DNA from: Felis catus
Taxonomy: Eukaryota
Direction of reading: 5' to 3'
Assembly: GCF_018350175.1 (NCBI RefSeq)
Contig: NC_058368.1
Span: forward strand, 66,962,001 to 67,026,000
Length of the DNA: 64,000 nt
Shown here: positions 52,976-64,000 of the stretch, one piece after another
Numbering within the stretch: position 1 is the first letter of the stretch
Layout: every line of letters begins with the position of its first letter
Translations under genes and position numbers: made by a program
The notes under the pieces: model-generated
Told to the model about the DNA's origin: nothing
What the model saw: only the letters and a program-made list of their open reading frames with translations
The model's database searches: none

Positions 52976-55709
52976 AACAGGCTAAATAGAAGATCATGAC
53001 ACCACAATTCCTCTCCCATTCCTTTGGTCATGCTCAGGCAGGTGTTGGCAACATGTAAATACACAGCCACAATGGCACATGGTGATCTCCTTGGGTGCGC
53101 TGTGGCGGGAGGGGGGGGGGCACCTGTGAGGGGTAATGGTAACCAGCCTGCAGGCCTCAGACAAAGCATGGCTCCTGAACCACGTCTGGCATATCTGCCA
53201 TAGAGGGCTGCCCCTTAGCACCGATGCCAGAGATGTTCTTATCTGCTTCGTGACTCAATGCCAATGACGATCAAAGAACACTAAATCAAAGAACCCAAAA
53301 GAAAGGGCTCCAAGAGACAAGTGAGTCATGAAACTCACAAGCAGAAGACAGTATAAATTATAATTATCAGGTTCCACATCAGATTTGAGAAAGAAATCCA
53401 TACATAAAATGGCAAGTGTGAGATTTTACTAAAACTGAAGTTCTCCAGCCTGTCCCTTTCTTGCTCATCTTATAAAGAAAACTCCTGAAGTAGCTAGAAC
53501 TGAGTGAATGTAACTAAGAACAGCCTATGGGGACTCTAAAGGTCCTCCAACTAAGTAAATATTTAGCCATTTTCCTCTCCCTAGCAACGACTGTCCATTT
53601 AATCATCCCTAACAGTGCAAGGTGGCAAGGCGAGAAAGCCCCGTGAGTGGCCACTGTTTTGCAATGGACGTCATCCAATAACGCCATAATGTAAAGGTCT
53701 ATGCTCTGCACAGTACCACCATGCTTGATAAAAATGAGATGTTTATTATTATTTTTTTTTAGGTCTTAATTAGCTTCTTGTTAAACTACAAACATTATCA
53801 TTGGAGCACACATGCTGGGACAGACAAATTGGAACACTGGTTGCCAGCCTGGGAGGGTCCCCGGTGATTAACTGTCACTACGCTGATGTTGACGGTGCTG
53901 CTTTTCTAATTGTGCTAACCATCGTGTTGGGCGGTGGGGGGAAAACCAACCGTCTTGTCTTTCATTAACAAAAGACAGGTAAAGGAATCATATGAGTGGG
54001 CTTGTGTGAATCCTACCACCCTGATCTCACAACCCCAAGGGTCAAGTGTTTGTAAATATTTCCAGTAACTCATATCACCAATTCTCCCTCCTATTAGCAA
54101 GGAAACCCACTTTAACTTGGCCGTTTGCATGAATCATTATCTCTGGGCCTGGCATTTTCACGGGATATTCCAACCTTCCAACGGCTCTGGCTAAAACGCC
54201 TTTCGTTGATTTTAAAAGCGTGAAAGCAACTGTGTGCATCAGTTAAAATGGATGGGTTTACTTTTAAAGAGTCAGTAAAACAGAGATCTTCTAAATGAGG
54301 GCAAGGTGGCCTAACTAACAATCTCCTTTGTCCAATGGGATTTGAGGGCGGGAGTGGGGAGAAGGGGTCAACACACCATAGAAATCTCAAAATGACAAAG
54401 TCATTGTTTGCTGAAAGAGGCTGGAATGCTTTCTACACACTTTCCCTGACATCTCCGCACAATGCAATGCAAGGGTCAGTGGTACTGAGACAAGCAAAGG
54501 CAGTTCCACTCTTTTGCTTCTATAAAAGCCAGCGACCCAACCTATTGTCCCCAAGTCTTCGGCTCGCTTTGTTCTCAATACCCAGATGCGGCAGCTTTTT
54601 CATTCCTGCTCCCCCTCTGGAAAGAAATGACTGTGGACACCTCCTTCACATTTTCTTTTTTCTCGGGCATTTTCACTTCATAAAGCCGCAGTCAATGTGT
54701 TTTGTGTGTGGTGAGGAGGGAATGACACGTTCCATGGTGGTCCCCACCACTGTCTGCATTGGTGGCTCAAGTAGCCTCAGGATTAGCCCTTTGTGCTCCA
54801 TGAAAGGATATGAAAAGTCAGTTACTTAAGCTCAGTCAAGCTGTTGATTTTTTTTTTCTTTTTTTTGGATGAGGGGTGTGTGGGGAAGAAAGGTTTTGCA
54901 ATTCAGTTTTCCTCAATAAATTACGGCATTTTGCTGAGGGCAGCTGTGTGCAAGTTCACATGCTCAACGAGTCCCACGTTTCAAAAAAAAAAAAAAAAAA
55001 AAAGACAAAAATGCCTAAAACTTCCACGTCCTACCTTTGTTTTCACTTGCTTCACTAGTAGGAAGACTTCTGGGAGGTGATAATTGTTAATGTCAAGAAC
55101 TCTAAATAAATGAGACTCCTTACTCAAATATTATCTGAGAGTTTCAAAAACTGCATTAAGTTCGTTACTATGAAATATTCAGTGCTTCACAGTCTATTCT
55201 GAAAGTAACGGAATTTGATCCCGTGAGTCTACGTGTAAAAATATCTATTAAAAACTTTCGGGGATATCAAACTTAGAATATCTGTGGAAAAACTCATGTG
55301 GTGGTTATTTATGGGCCTGACAACTCGGTGACAGTTCCTTTGATGCAATATAATGCTATTACCAAACTCTTCCTCCCACTTAAAAAGGTATGTAGTGCTT
55401 TAAAAATAACTACCCATTATGCAATACTTAACATGCAGATGTTATGCTAAGAATTTTATTAAAATGATTTAATTTTGTCTTCACAACAACCCTTATGAAG
55501 TGTGCCATTTTTCTCTCTCCTACAGATAAAGAATGTGTGGCTCTGCGAGGCAGAACGGGAAGAGGCAGAGCAGGGATCAAACTCAGAAAGGCAGACTGCG
55601 GGGATTGGGAGGGCTCCCACCGTAACCCCCTCCACGACATTTTAAAGCTAGTTAGTTACATTGTAAGTGATGCCCATGAACACATAATCACATTTACAGG
55701 AGCACACTC

Positions 55710-56520
55710 GGGGCACATGGGTGGCTGAGTCGGTTAAATGTTCGACTTCGGCTCGGTCATGATCTCACGGTTCGAGAGTTCGAGCCCAGCGCCAGGTTCT
55801 GATGACAGAGCCTGGAGCCTACTTCAGATTGTGTCTCCTTCTCTTCCGCCCCTCCCCCGCTCATGCTCTCTCAAAAAGCCTGGGTGGCTCAGGTGGTTAA
55901 GTGTCCAACTTAAGTTCAGGTAGTGATCTCACTGTTCATGAATTTGAGCCCTACTCACACTCTCTCAAAAATAAACATTGAGGGGCGCCTGGGTGGCTCA
56001 GTCGGTTAAGCGTCCGACTTCGGCTCAGGTCACGATCTCGTGGTATGTGAGTTCGAGCCCCGCGTCGGGCTCTGTGCTGACTGCTCAGAGCCTGGAGCCT
56101 GTTTCAGATTCTGTGCCTCCCTCTCTCTCTGACCCTCCCCCGTTCATGCTCTCTCTCTGTCTCAAAAATAAATAAACGTTAAAAAAAAAAAAATTAAAAA
56201 AAATAAAATAAAATAAACATTGAGAAAAAATTTTTGAATCTATAAAAAAAAATTTACAGAAGCACGCTCAACCCTCACACCATTAAAACATGAATATTTT
56301 CTTTTTCTTTTTTTTTTTTTTTAATGTTTATTTGTGGGCCGGGGTGGGGCGGGGGTGGGGTGGGGAGGCGGGGGCAGAGAGAAGAAGAGACAGAATCTGA
56401 AGCAAGCTGCAGGCTCTGAGCTGTCAGCACAGAGCCCGACACAGGGCTCGAACCCATGAACCATGAGATCACAACGTGAGTCAAAGGTGGGTGCTTAATA
56501 CTGAGCCACCCAGGTGCCCC
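55710..56520. mobile_element. CAN-SINE pile-up: three plus-strand SINEs or fragments (55710-56250) and one minus-strand SINE (~56300-56520)
   Basis: Heads at 55710, ~55878 and 55983; outer TSD atttacag(g/a)agcac(a/g)ctc; inverted copy ending caggtgcccc at 56520. Confidence 0.88.
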
Positions 56521-56852
56521 AAAGCGTTTCCTACAGAACCAAGAGCACTGGCAAAAAAAAAAATATTTGCAGGGTTCTTACAACCTCAGGTAGGATCACA
56601 CTAAACAGATACAGAGGTCTGTTTTTTTATGCCGCCTTCCTTCTTCCTTTGGAACTGCGAGTGGCTCCGACTTGGCCATCCACCATAATCTGACGGGACA
56701 GGCAACATACCTGGTAGCTATGAGAGCTGGCATACATAATGACACACAGACCCATGACTGCTCTCTGCTGGGATATGGGCTTATGAATGTCATCTCTGAA
56801 GCGAGGGACTCTTCCACAGTGTGGACCCACTAATCAGAATCAAAGGGTTTTA

Positions 56853-57098
56853 GGGTGCCTAGGTGGCTCAGTCAGTAAGTGTCCAACTTCAGCTCAGGTC
56901 ATAATCACCCAGTTCATGAGTTCGAGCTCTACATCGGGCTCTGTGCTGACAGCTCAGAGCCTGAAGCCTGCTTTGGATTCTGTGTCTCCCTCTCTTTCTG
57001 CTCCTCCCCTACTTGTACTCTGTCTCTCTCTCTCTCTCTCCCCCCGCCCCCCGCTTATGCTCTATCGCTCAAAAAATGAATAATGTTAAAAAAAAAAA
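56853..57098 (+). mobile_element. CAN-SINE
   Basis: TSD aatcaaagggtttt. Confidence 0.9.
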
Positions 57099-57378
57099 AA
57101 TCAAAGGGTTTTCACCAGCCACACTTGGCATCACTACCTGGATATCCCAAATAGAAACTTGGCCAAACCCACTATTCTTGTGGTGTCTTCTTCCCTCTCC
57201 ATGGCTTTCTACCAACATTCCAAATCCAAATCCCTGCACTGGAGACATGAGTCTCCCTGTGATCTGCCTCCTCTATACCTATCCATCTTTACTCCCTCTG
57301 ATGCCCGATCTCAAACTTCACATTATGGTGCCCTTGCAAACTTCCTAGGCTCTCTTGGACTTCCTGTCGTTGGTTCCT

Positions 57379-57443
57379 GCTTCTCCCCTACACGAGGCTC
57401 AGGGATCACTGGCTTCTCCCCTACATGAGGCTCAGGATCACCG
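57379..57443 (+). repeat. Tandem duplication of a ~33-bp unit
   Basis: gcttctcccctacacgaggctcagggatcactg followed by gcttctcccctacatgaggctcaggatcaccg. Confidence 0.9.
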
Positions 57444-57577
57444 GGAGGCCATCCCCAACTTTCCCAGGCAGGGTTACAGAGAGGTCCTAACTACTACAAT
57501 CTGAACTAATAGTTGGCCAATTCAGAAATAAATAATACAAAATCTTAAAGTTTTGGTTTAATTTAAAAGCATGTACA

Positions 57578-57806
57578 GGGGTGCCTGGGTGGCTCAGTCG
57601 GTTAAGCGTCCGACTTCGGCTCAGGTCATGATCTCACAGTTCGTGGGTTCAAGCCCCGCATGGGGGTCTGTGCTGACAGCTCAGAGCCTGGAGCCTGCTT
57701 CGGATTCTGTGTCTCCTTCTCTCTCTGCCCCTCCCCTGCTCGTGCTGTCTCTCTCTCTCTCAAAAATAAATATTTAAAAAAATTAAAAAAATAAAAAATA
57801 AAAAAA
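57578..57806 (+). mobile_element. CAN-SINE
   Basis: TSD aaaagcatgtacag. Confidence 0.93.
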
Positions 57807-59886
57807 TAAAAGCATGTACAGATCTGGTGTTGGAGTGTCTCAAGGTCTTTCTTACAAAACTCACACCCATAATGCATCACCTAGGACTTCGAAGACACTT
57901 TGTGAGGCTCTCAGCACAGATTCCGCCTGTATTTCTCCAACCCCCTCCCCCGCAGTCACTTGTCTCATCCATACCTAATTACTTAAAGCCATTTTTTTTT
58001 TAAGCAGAGCCTTTTATTAAGCCTTCCCAAAGCACTCCACTTGGCATTCCTACTTATCAGTTCACACAATAAGTACTGTCATTATGAGATGACAACATGG
58101 GTAAGGAACAGGAACAAGTCTAGGAAGAATCACAACAGACTCTGGCAAAAGAGAAGGCCAAAGAATGGAGCGGAGAGAGTGCGTACCCCAGAGACAGCCA
58201 CTAGAAGCTCATCTTACAGCGGGATGGAGAGGAGCATGAAATGCAGGAATCGGAGAAAAAGGAGGAACGGATTGAACACCAAGAACGGTGGCTGACTCTG
58301 CCATCCTTTCTACAGCATTCCTTGGCGAAGAAATTAAAAAATGACTAAAGACTAGTATTTACCTCCGGAGGTTCAAGGACAGGTTTAGAGTTAACGTCTT
58401 AACTTTCCAGCTTCACTCAATGCGTGTTTTGCTAACTTCATCCATAATTCTCCCAAAAGGAGAAAGCCTCATAGAATAAATCAGATCACGTAACACCGTC
58501 AGGCTTCCAGGACACCTGGGGCCCTGGCATCCCAGTGCACTGAACTGAAATGGGAGAAGCAGAGCCAGAAGCCCAGGGAAGCCTCACGGAAGGCCGGCAT
58601 GGAACAAGGTCGCCCGCTGCCCCGTCCTGAGACGCCAGTACAGATGCTGGCTGGAACCAGCAAGGCGGGAGGAGGAGGAAGCCTTCTGCCACAAAGCCTT
58701 TTGCAAAAGACCACAAAAAGGAGACCGAAATCTGAAACATTAAGATCCTTTCCAGGAAGTAGCCAAGGGCACAATTCACAGGCAACCTCCCAGCACATGC
58801 AACAACACGAACCACATTATCACCCTTGTTGATCTTCAGTAAAATCCACCAAATGGGAATAACATGTTCAAAGGAGAAAGATGTCCTTGTCGCCCTTAGA
58901 ATTACATGGTGAGCGGCCACTTTCCTGCTCAAAGACCTTGGATGGGGCCAAGGGTTCACAGGTTCAAATATAAATTCCTCAGACAAGTTTTCCAGGTTCC
59001 CTTAAACTGCAGACCATGATTCACAGAGAGCCCTACATAAAACCCTCTGTTACAACCACAAACATTATTTTCCTTGCCTTACAGTTTAAGATGTCCATCC
59101 AGCTACTTGATTTGAAAGTGTTGCAAGTCAATAACGTGACTGCTCCTTGAGGGTATATGTGCATTTATATTTACACACGTACACACACCAGATAAAGCAC
59201 AGACAAGCTCTGTTGCCTGAAATCAAGTAGACCAGAACTCTTATCTTCACAGAAGAGAATGCTATTGCCTCCATTATCAAATCTTAAAATTGAGAGTTTA
59301 GATCCTTAAGTATTCAAAATGTAAATTTGCTACTTGGACATTAACTATAAAGTATTTATTTTTTACATATAAATGATAAACTTATTACATTCAGTGTATA
59401 CACTTCTAGTGTTTAAATTTAACAACTTAACTTTTAACTTTAGATTTGTGTCATTGTCTATAAGAAATGTATTTCTAACCCCTAGTACTAGCGCAGTATA
59501 AAATCACCTGCTGTTCACTGTTTTAATGTAAAGTTAAGCTTCTATTTTTCAACAAAATCTTAAGAAATGCTCCTTTGTTTTCATCACAGCCGATTACTTT
59601 TCCTGGTTTACATAACAGTACTCCAGAGCTATGTATATCACAACCCAAACAAATGTGCATTAAAATATGTGTAAATATTGTATCTTCTACTTCATGATGC
59701 TCACACCTAAAACATAGTCACAACTTCTCCTATACTTGTATTTGAAATCAGGTTTATCATTAGCTAAGGAATAAAGTTCTTGAAAATAGCAGCTCTCAGT
59801 CTGGATTTTACGACCAGCAAAAATTTGAAAAAGCATTCATGAAGGAGGAAAGTGATTTGTCCATCTTTAATTCTAAAGAAAAAAGA

Positions 59887-60046
59887 GGGGCACCTGAGCG
59901 GCTCAGTTGGTTGAGCATCTAACTCTTGATTTCAGCTCAGGTCATGATCCCAGGGTCATGGGATCGAGCCCCGTGTCAGTCTCCACACAGAGAGTGGAGC
60001 CTGCTTAAGATTCTCTCTGGCTCTTGTTCACACGTGCTAAAGATAG

Positions 60047-60093
<47 letters not shown>
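59887..60093 (+). mobile_element. CAN-SINE followed by a (GA)n tract
   Basis: Head ggggcacctgagcggctcag; (GA)n at ~60051-60093. Confidence 0.85.
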
Positions 60094-60097
<4 letters not shown>

Positions 60098-60291
60098 CCA
60101 GCACCACAATTTCAAAAGATTTATATCTCAAATACCATGAGATCACATTACATGAGCACTTTTATGACTTTTGCTGAAGAGGCAGCATAGGCACCAGATG
60201 ACAAATAATTTAATTATTATTAGAGATTCTACCTGGAATCTCCCTCATTGAGAAGAGTCTGATGTGATCAAAACATAGAAAGGGGAACTCT

Positions 60292-60517
60292 GGAGCGCCT
60301 GGGTGGCGCAGTCGGTTAAGCGTCCGACTTCAGCCAGGTCACGATCTCGCGGTCCGGGAGTTCGAGCCCCGCGTCGGGCTCTGGGCTGATGGCTCAGAGC
60401 CTGGAGCCTGTTTCCGATTCTGTGTCTCCCTCCCTCTCTGCCCCTCCCCCGTTCATGCTCTGTCTCTCTCTGTTCCAAAAATAAATAAACGTTGAAAAAA
60501 AAAAAAAAAGAAAGAAA
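60292..60517 (+). mobile_element. Young felid CAN-SINE (SINEC_Fc-like)
   Basis: Near-consensus; TSD agaaaggggaactctg. Confidence 0.95.
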
Positions 60518-60594
60518 GAAAGGGGAACTCTGCTTCTCCTTCATGAACATAAACGAGTATAACTCAATAATATAAAAATAAAAGCCTCAAAGTG

Positions 60595-60780
60595 ATCGCT
60601 TACTAGATGTGTGATCCTGGATGAATTATGTAACTTCTCTGGGCCTCATTTCCCTCATCTGTGAGAACAGCACAGTAACTGTACATAACTCATGGAGTTA
60701 CCAGAAAGATGAGAGATTATACAAATAAAAGATCTGAAACAAGTTTGGGCACCCAGGAAGGAGTCTCTAAACATTAGCTA
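60595..60780. mobile_element. MIR (other likely MIR fragments at ~4380-4560, 15720-15880, 23330-23470, 34890-35095, 38810-38900, 39100-39260)
   Basis: tgtgtgatcctggatgaattatgtaacttctctgggcctcatttccctcatctgtgag matches the MIR core. Confidence 0.7.
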
Positions 60781-61289
60781 GGATTAATGTTATTTCCAGG
60801 TCATTTGGACTACCTATCACCTTTTGTACTGACTTTACACCTTCTGGCTAAGAGCCACTCGACTATATTTAAAAAACAAGATGTCCGAAAGAGAAAAACA
60901 GAAAATTCAGCCTGGCAGGGTGGGGAGGAAAGCTACACCATCCTTTTTCTTTTTTCCATGTTACCTCAGCTAGGGGCAACCTGGTGCTTGAGAGCCACTG
61001 CCCTAAAAAGGGTAGGCTGCTGGAAGGATAAGAGGTCCACGCTGACTGCAGAGAACCACTTTCCTATTTGGGGAATGACTCAATACAGTTTTCATGCCTT
61101 GAATGAAATACGAAGTGCTGATCTGCCTCAGTTCCTGAAGCTGTGCTGAGCGTGAGAGAATGCCATGAAATACAGCCTTAGAGCCTTGTCTTTGAGGGAT
61201 TATGCAGATTTTGATGACTTAAAACATTAGAAAAATATTTGAGCCTCATGATTAGCATCAAATATACATTCTTTTCAATTTTGAAGTAT

Positions 61290-61800
61290 GAGCATGATGT
61301 CCCTCCTCTGTTTATAATATTCCAGTGGTTTCCCGTTGCATCCAGAAGAGAACCCGAACCTCTTAACCTATGGAGTCCAGTTCTGCCTAGGTCTCAAGCG
61401 CCCTCTTGCCTACGTCTCCACTCTGTTCACGGCCTGGCTTTCTCTTTACCTGGGAACATGCCACTTTGCTCCCATCTTGAGCATCTGCACATGTTTCTTT
61501 TCCTGAGCACACACTCTGCCCATCTGCTTCCAGGTCTTTTCTGCATGGCTGTTCCCTTCATATTTTCCAAACTCAAACATCACCACTTCCTTGCTCACCA
61601 TGTCCCAACACTCCCGGAAGTCACCTGCAAAGACTTCCCATTCCTTAATGCACTAGGAGATTATTATAATTGCCTTATAAACTTAACTGTTTACCATCTG
61701 TCTTTTGCACTGGAATGTAAACTCCTGGAATCCAATGCCCGATTCACTCCTCTACACACCAGTGCCTAGAAAAGTACCTGGTACACAGGAAGTACTAACT
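61290..61800. mobile_element. L2 3' fragment (another probable L2 fragment at ~63300-63750)
   Basis: ctggaatgtaaactcctgga…cagtgcctagaaaagtacctggtacacagga is typical of the L2 3' end. Confidence 0.7.
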
Positions 61801-63831
61801 GACCGAGTGGAAGTGAGGTCGTAATGCAATTTGTTCAGCACTGCACTCGGCCACGGTTCGAGGATCCCAGCTTCTTCAGAGGGGATAGGGATAGTCTTAT
61901 TGCAGAACAAAGTGCCCAAGGAAAGCTTCGCTAATAGGAAGAAGAGACTTTTGATGGTCCGTGAAGAATGAAGACGGGTCTATTTGAGGTTGCATCCAAG
62001 GTGTATATGTAACACAGAGAAGAGCATCAATAGTCCTCCTGGCAGGCATGTAGAATTCCCTTCCAGTTGTAGAGAGATTAAACTTAATACCTAGGAGATG
62101 GGAGAATCGTACTCTCTAGGCCTGAGCTCCGCTGTCATACAAATCACCAGCAACCAAAGCAAAACAAACCTATTCAGATATGTATTCCGAGACAGCACTG
62201 CGGTGTGAGGAAAGGGTGTGAACCCCTGTTCCCACGTTGGGCATGGCCCATCTTAGAGGAAAATGAAATCCAGTTATCCCTTGAAGGGTCTTACCCTTCT
62301 ATGACATATGAGAGTCTCTGGTTCAGAGAAGAAAATACATGAAGTTCTGAAATAAGCAAATACACTGGCATCTGAAAGCAAAGAACAAAGGTATCTGCTT
62401 ATCTCAGAAGACCACGGGCAGGTTAATCTATGTATCACAGTATTCATGAGGCATATTCATGAGGCAAAGACAGAAGAAAAATAATCAAAGATGGGTCTTT
62501 TTTATAACTACGAAATGTTAAATTAAGATCTCATTTAAGGGAGTGAGAAGGAACTAGCTGAGGAAAAGGATACAGAATAAACACTTTAAAGTAATAGAAG
62601 TTATTAAAATGATTAAGTATCTCTCAAGGCTTATCAAATATACCAAGGATGAACAGAACTGTCAGAAAGGAGTCGAACACCCTTGGCACTCACCACTTTA
62701 TCCCTTCAAACAAAGCTAAGCAACTGCCTTCCAGCTCCTATCTCTTCCTGAGCTCAGGCTCAGGTCCCACATGGGCACTCACTTCCAGAAGCATTTCCTG
62801 CTCCACCACCCACAGGAGCCTCTTCCTCTCTGATGGAGGGTCACTTCCTGAAAGCTCAGGTGAGCTCCTGGACCTAACAGCTTGCTTCCCGGGACTTCCT
62901 CTGAGGCACTCGGCAAAATTAGCATTCCAAACTCAGCCAAGGATGAATTTTTGGACAGCTCCCTCTCCTGGGGGTGGGGGTTGGGGAGGGCTGGAGGAGA
63001 GCCATGATGGCAGGGCCTCACGCCTACTCGCCTCTGTATCTCAAGACCTCGACTCTAACCCCTGGTTATCAGTGGGATGGGGGGGATGTTGGGATGAAGA
63101 GATACACTACCCCCCAAAGCACCCACATAAGCCATAAAACCCAAACAACCTAGCAACACTGAGCAAACGCCTTCAAAAACAGCTTGCTCTTATGTCAACT
63201 TCCTCTCCTCTGACTTACAGCCTTTGCAATCTGGCCTCCTTCTATCCTGAACCTTCTCCAGCTGCTCCTTGGACTCCTAATCGTCAAATCCAACTGACTG
63301 CTTTCTGCTTCCTCACCTCCTCCTTTGCACTGAACACACCTGTCTTCTTTTGGCTTTCCAGCACCAATTTTCCTCCTTTCTCCCTCACTGTTCATTCTGT
63401 GTCTCGCCTGTCTGCCTTCTCTTCTCTGCCTTTCTCTTTAAGTATTAAGGTTTCCGTAAGGTTCTGGTCTTGGCCCCTCAAAATGCTTCACTCCCTCTGG
63501 GCAATCTTATCCACCCCCCCCCCACCCCCACCCATCAATGACCTGCTCAGAGAAGAATACACCGGCTCTATGCTCATGCCAGGTCTTAAACACCAGGCTC
63601 ACACCCCCAACTACCTGCAGGATGCCCCCACCTGGATGTCCCAGAACTCTTCCTAAGATAAGTGAACTGAAAATTGCAGACAAGGACTGGAAATCAGACC
63701 GGTCTCACACTAGAGCTTTATCCTCTCTCCTACACAGTCTCCCTCCTTTTATAAGGTCACACAGCGTTGTAACTGCTGACCTTCAGTCTCTCCCAAGAGA
63801 ATGTGCCTCATGGAAGACAGGAATTAAACGT

Positions 63832-64000
63832 TTGTTTTTTTTTTTTTTGAAGTTTTATTTTTGAGAGAGAGCAAGAGTGAGCAAGCGGGGGTGGGGGGGA
63901 GGGGGGCAAAGGGAGAGGGGGACAGAGGATCTGAAGTGGGCTCCATGTTCACAGCAGAGAGCATGATGTGGGGTTCGAACTCACGAAGGTCATGACCTGA
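63832..64000 (-). mobile_element. CAN-SINE, truncated by the window end
   Basis: T-rich tail, gagacagaggatctgaag-like body, ggttcgaactcacgaaggtcatgacctga. Confidence 0.85.

Noticed and set aside
21009..60550. Recurrent similar ORFs (…ETEHERGRGRERGRHRIGNRLQALSHQPRA…, GAWVAQSVKRPTSAQV…) suggesting a peptide family
   Set aside because: All are translations of CAN-SINE copies.
38572..64000. Possible extra or duplicated ABCC4 exon, nested gene or processed pseudogene in intron 20
   Set aside because: No ABCC-like peptide or recognisable retrocopy was found by reading or in the ORF track. A tblastn or Infernal scan would be needed to exclude very short or ncRNA elements.

Overview
This is mammalian genomic DNA, almost certainly from a felid: it is dense in carnivore tRNA-derived CAN-SINEs, including near-identical young SINEC_Fc-type copies. 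The whole window lies inside one gene, ABCC4 (MRP4, ABC transporter subfamily C), on the minus strand. Nine coding exons (21-29 by human-orthologue numbering, recalled from memory) were mapped by hand. All have GT-AG junctions and consistent phases, and they splice into one open frame covering the end of TMD2 and most of NBD2 (Walker A, Q-loop, signature, Walker B, D-loop, H-loop). The rest is intron: CAN-SINEs, L1 remnants, MIR/L2, MER20, MER58A, MLT LTRs and microsatellites. I found no convincing novel gene system. The most notable unexplained structures are: a ~185-bp local templated duplication with repair-like junctions; inverted young SINEs bracketing an in-frame 675-nt exon block (circRNA candidate); a perfect NRF2/NF-E2 ARE within an AP-1 cluster; two repeat-free motif-rich intronic blocks (enhancer candidates); and a 44-nt poly-G run.
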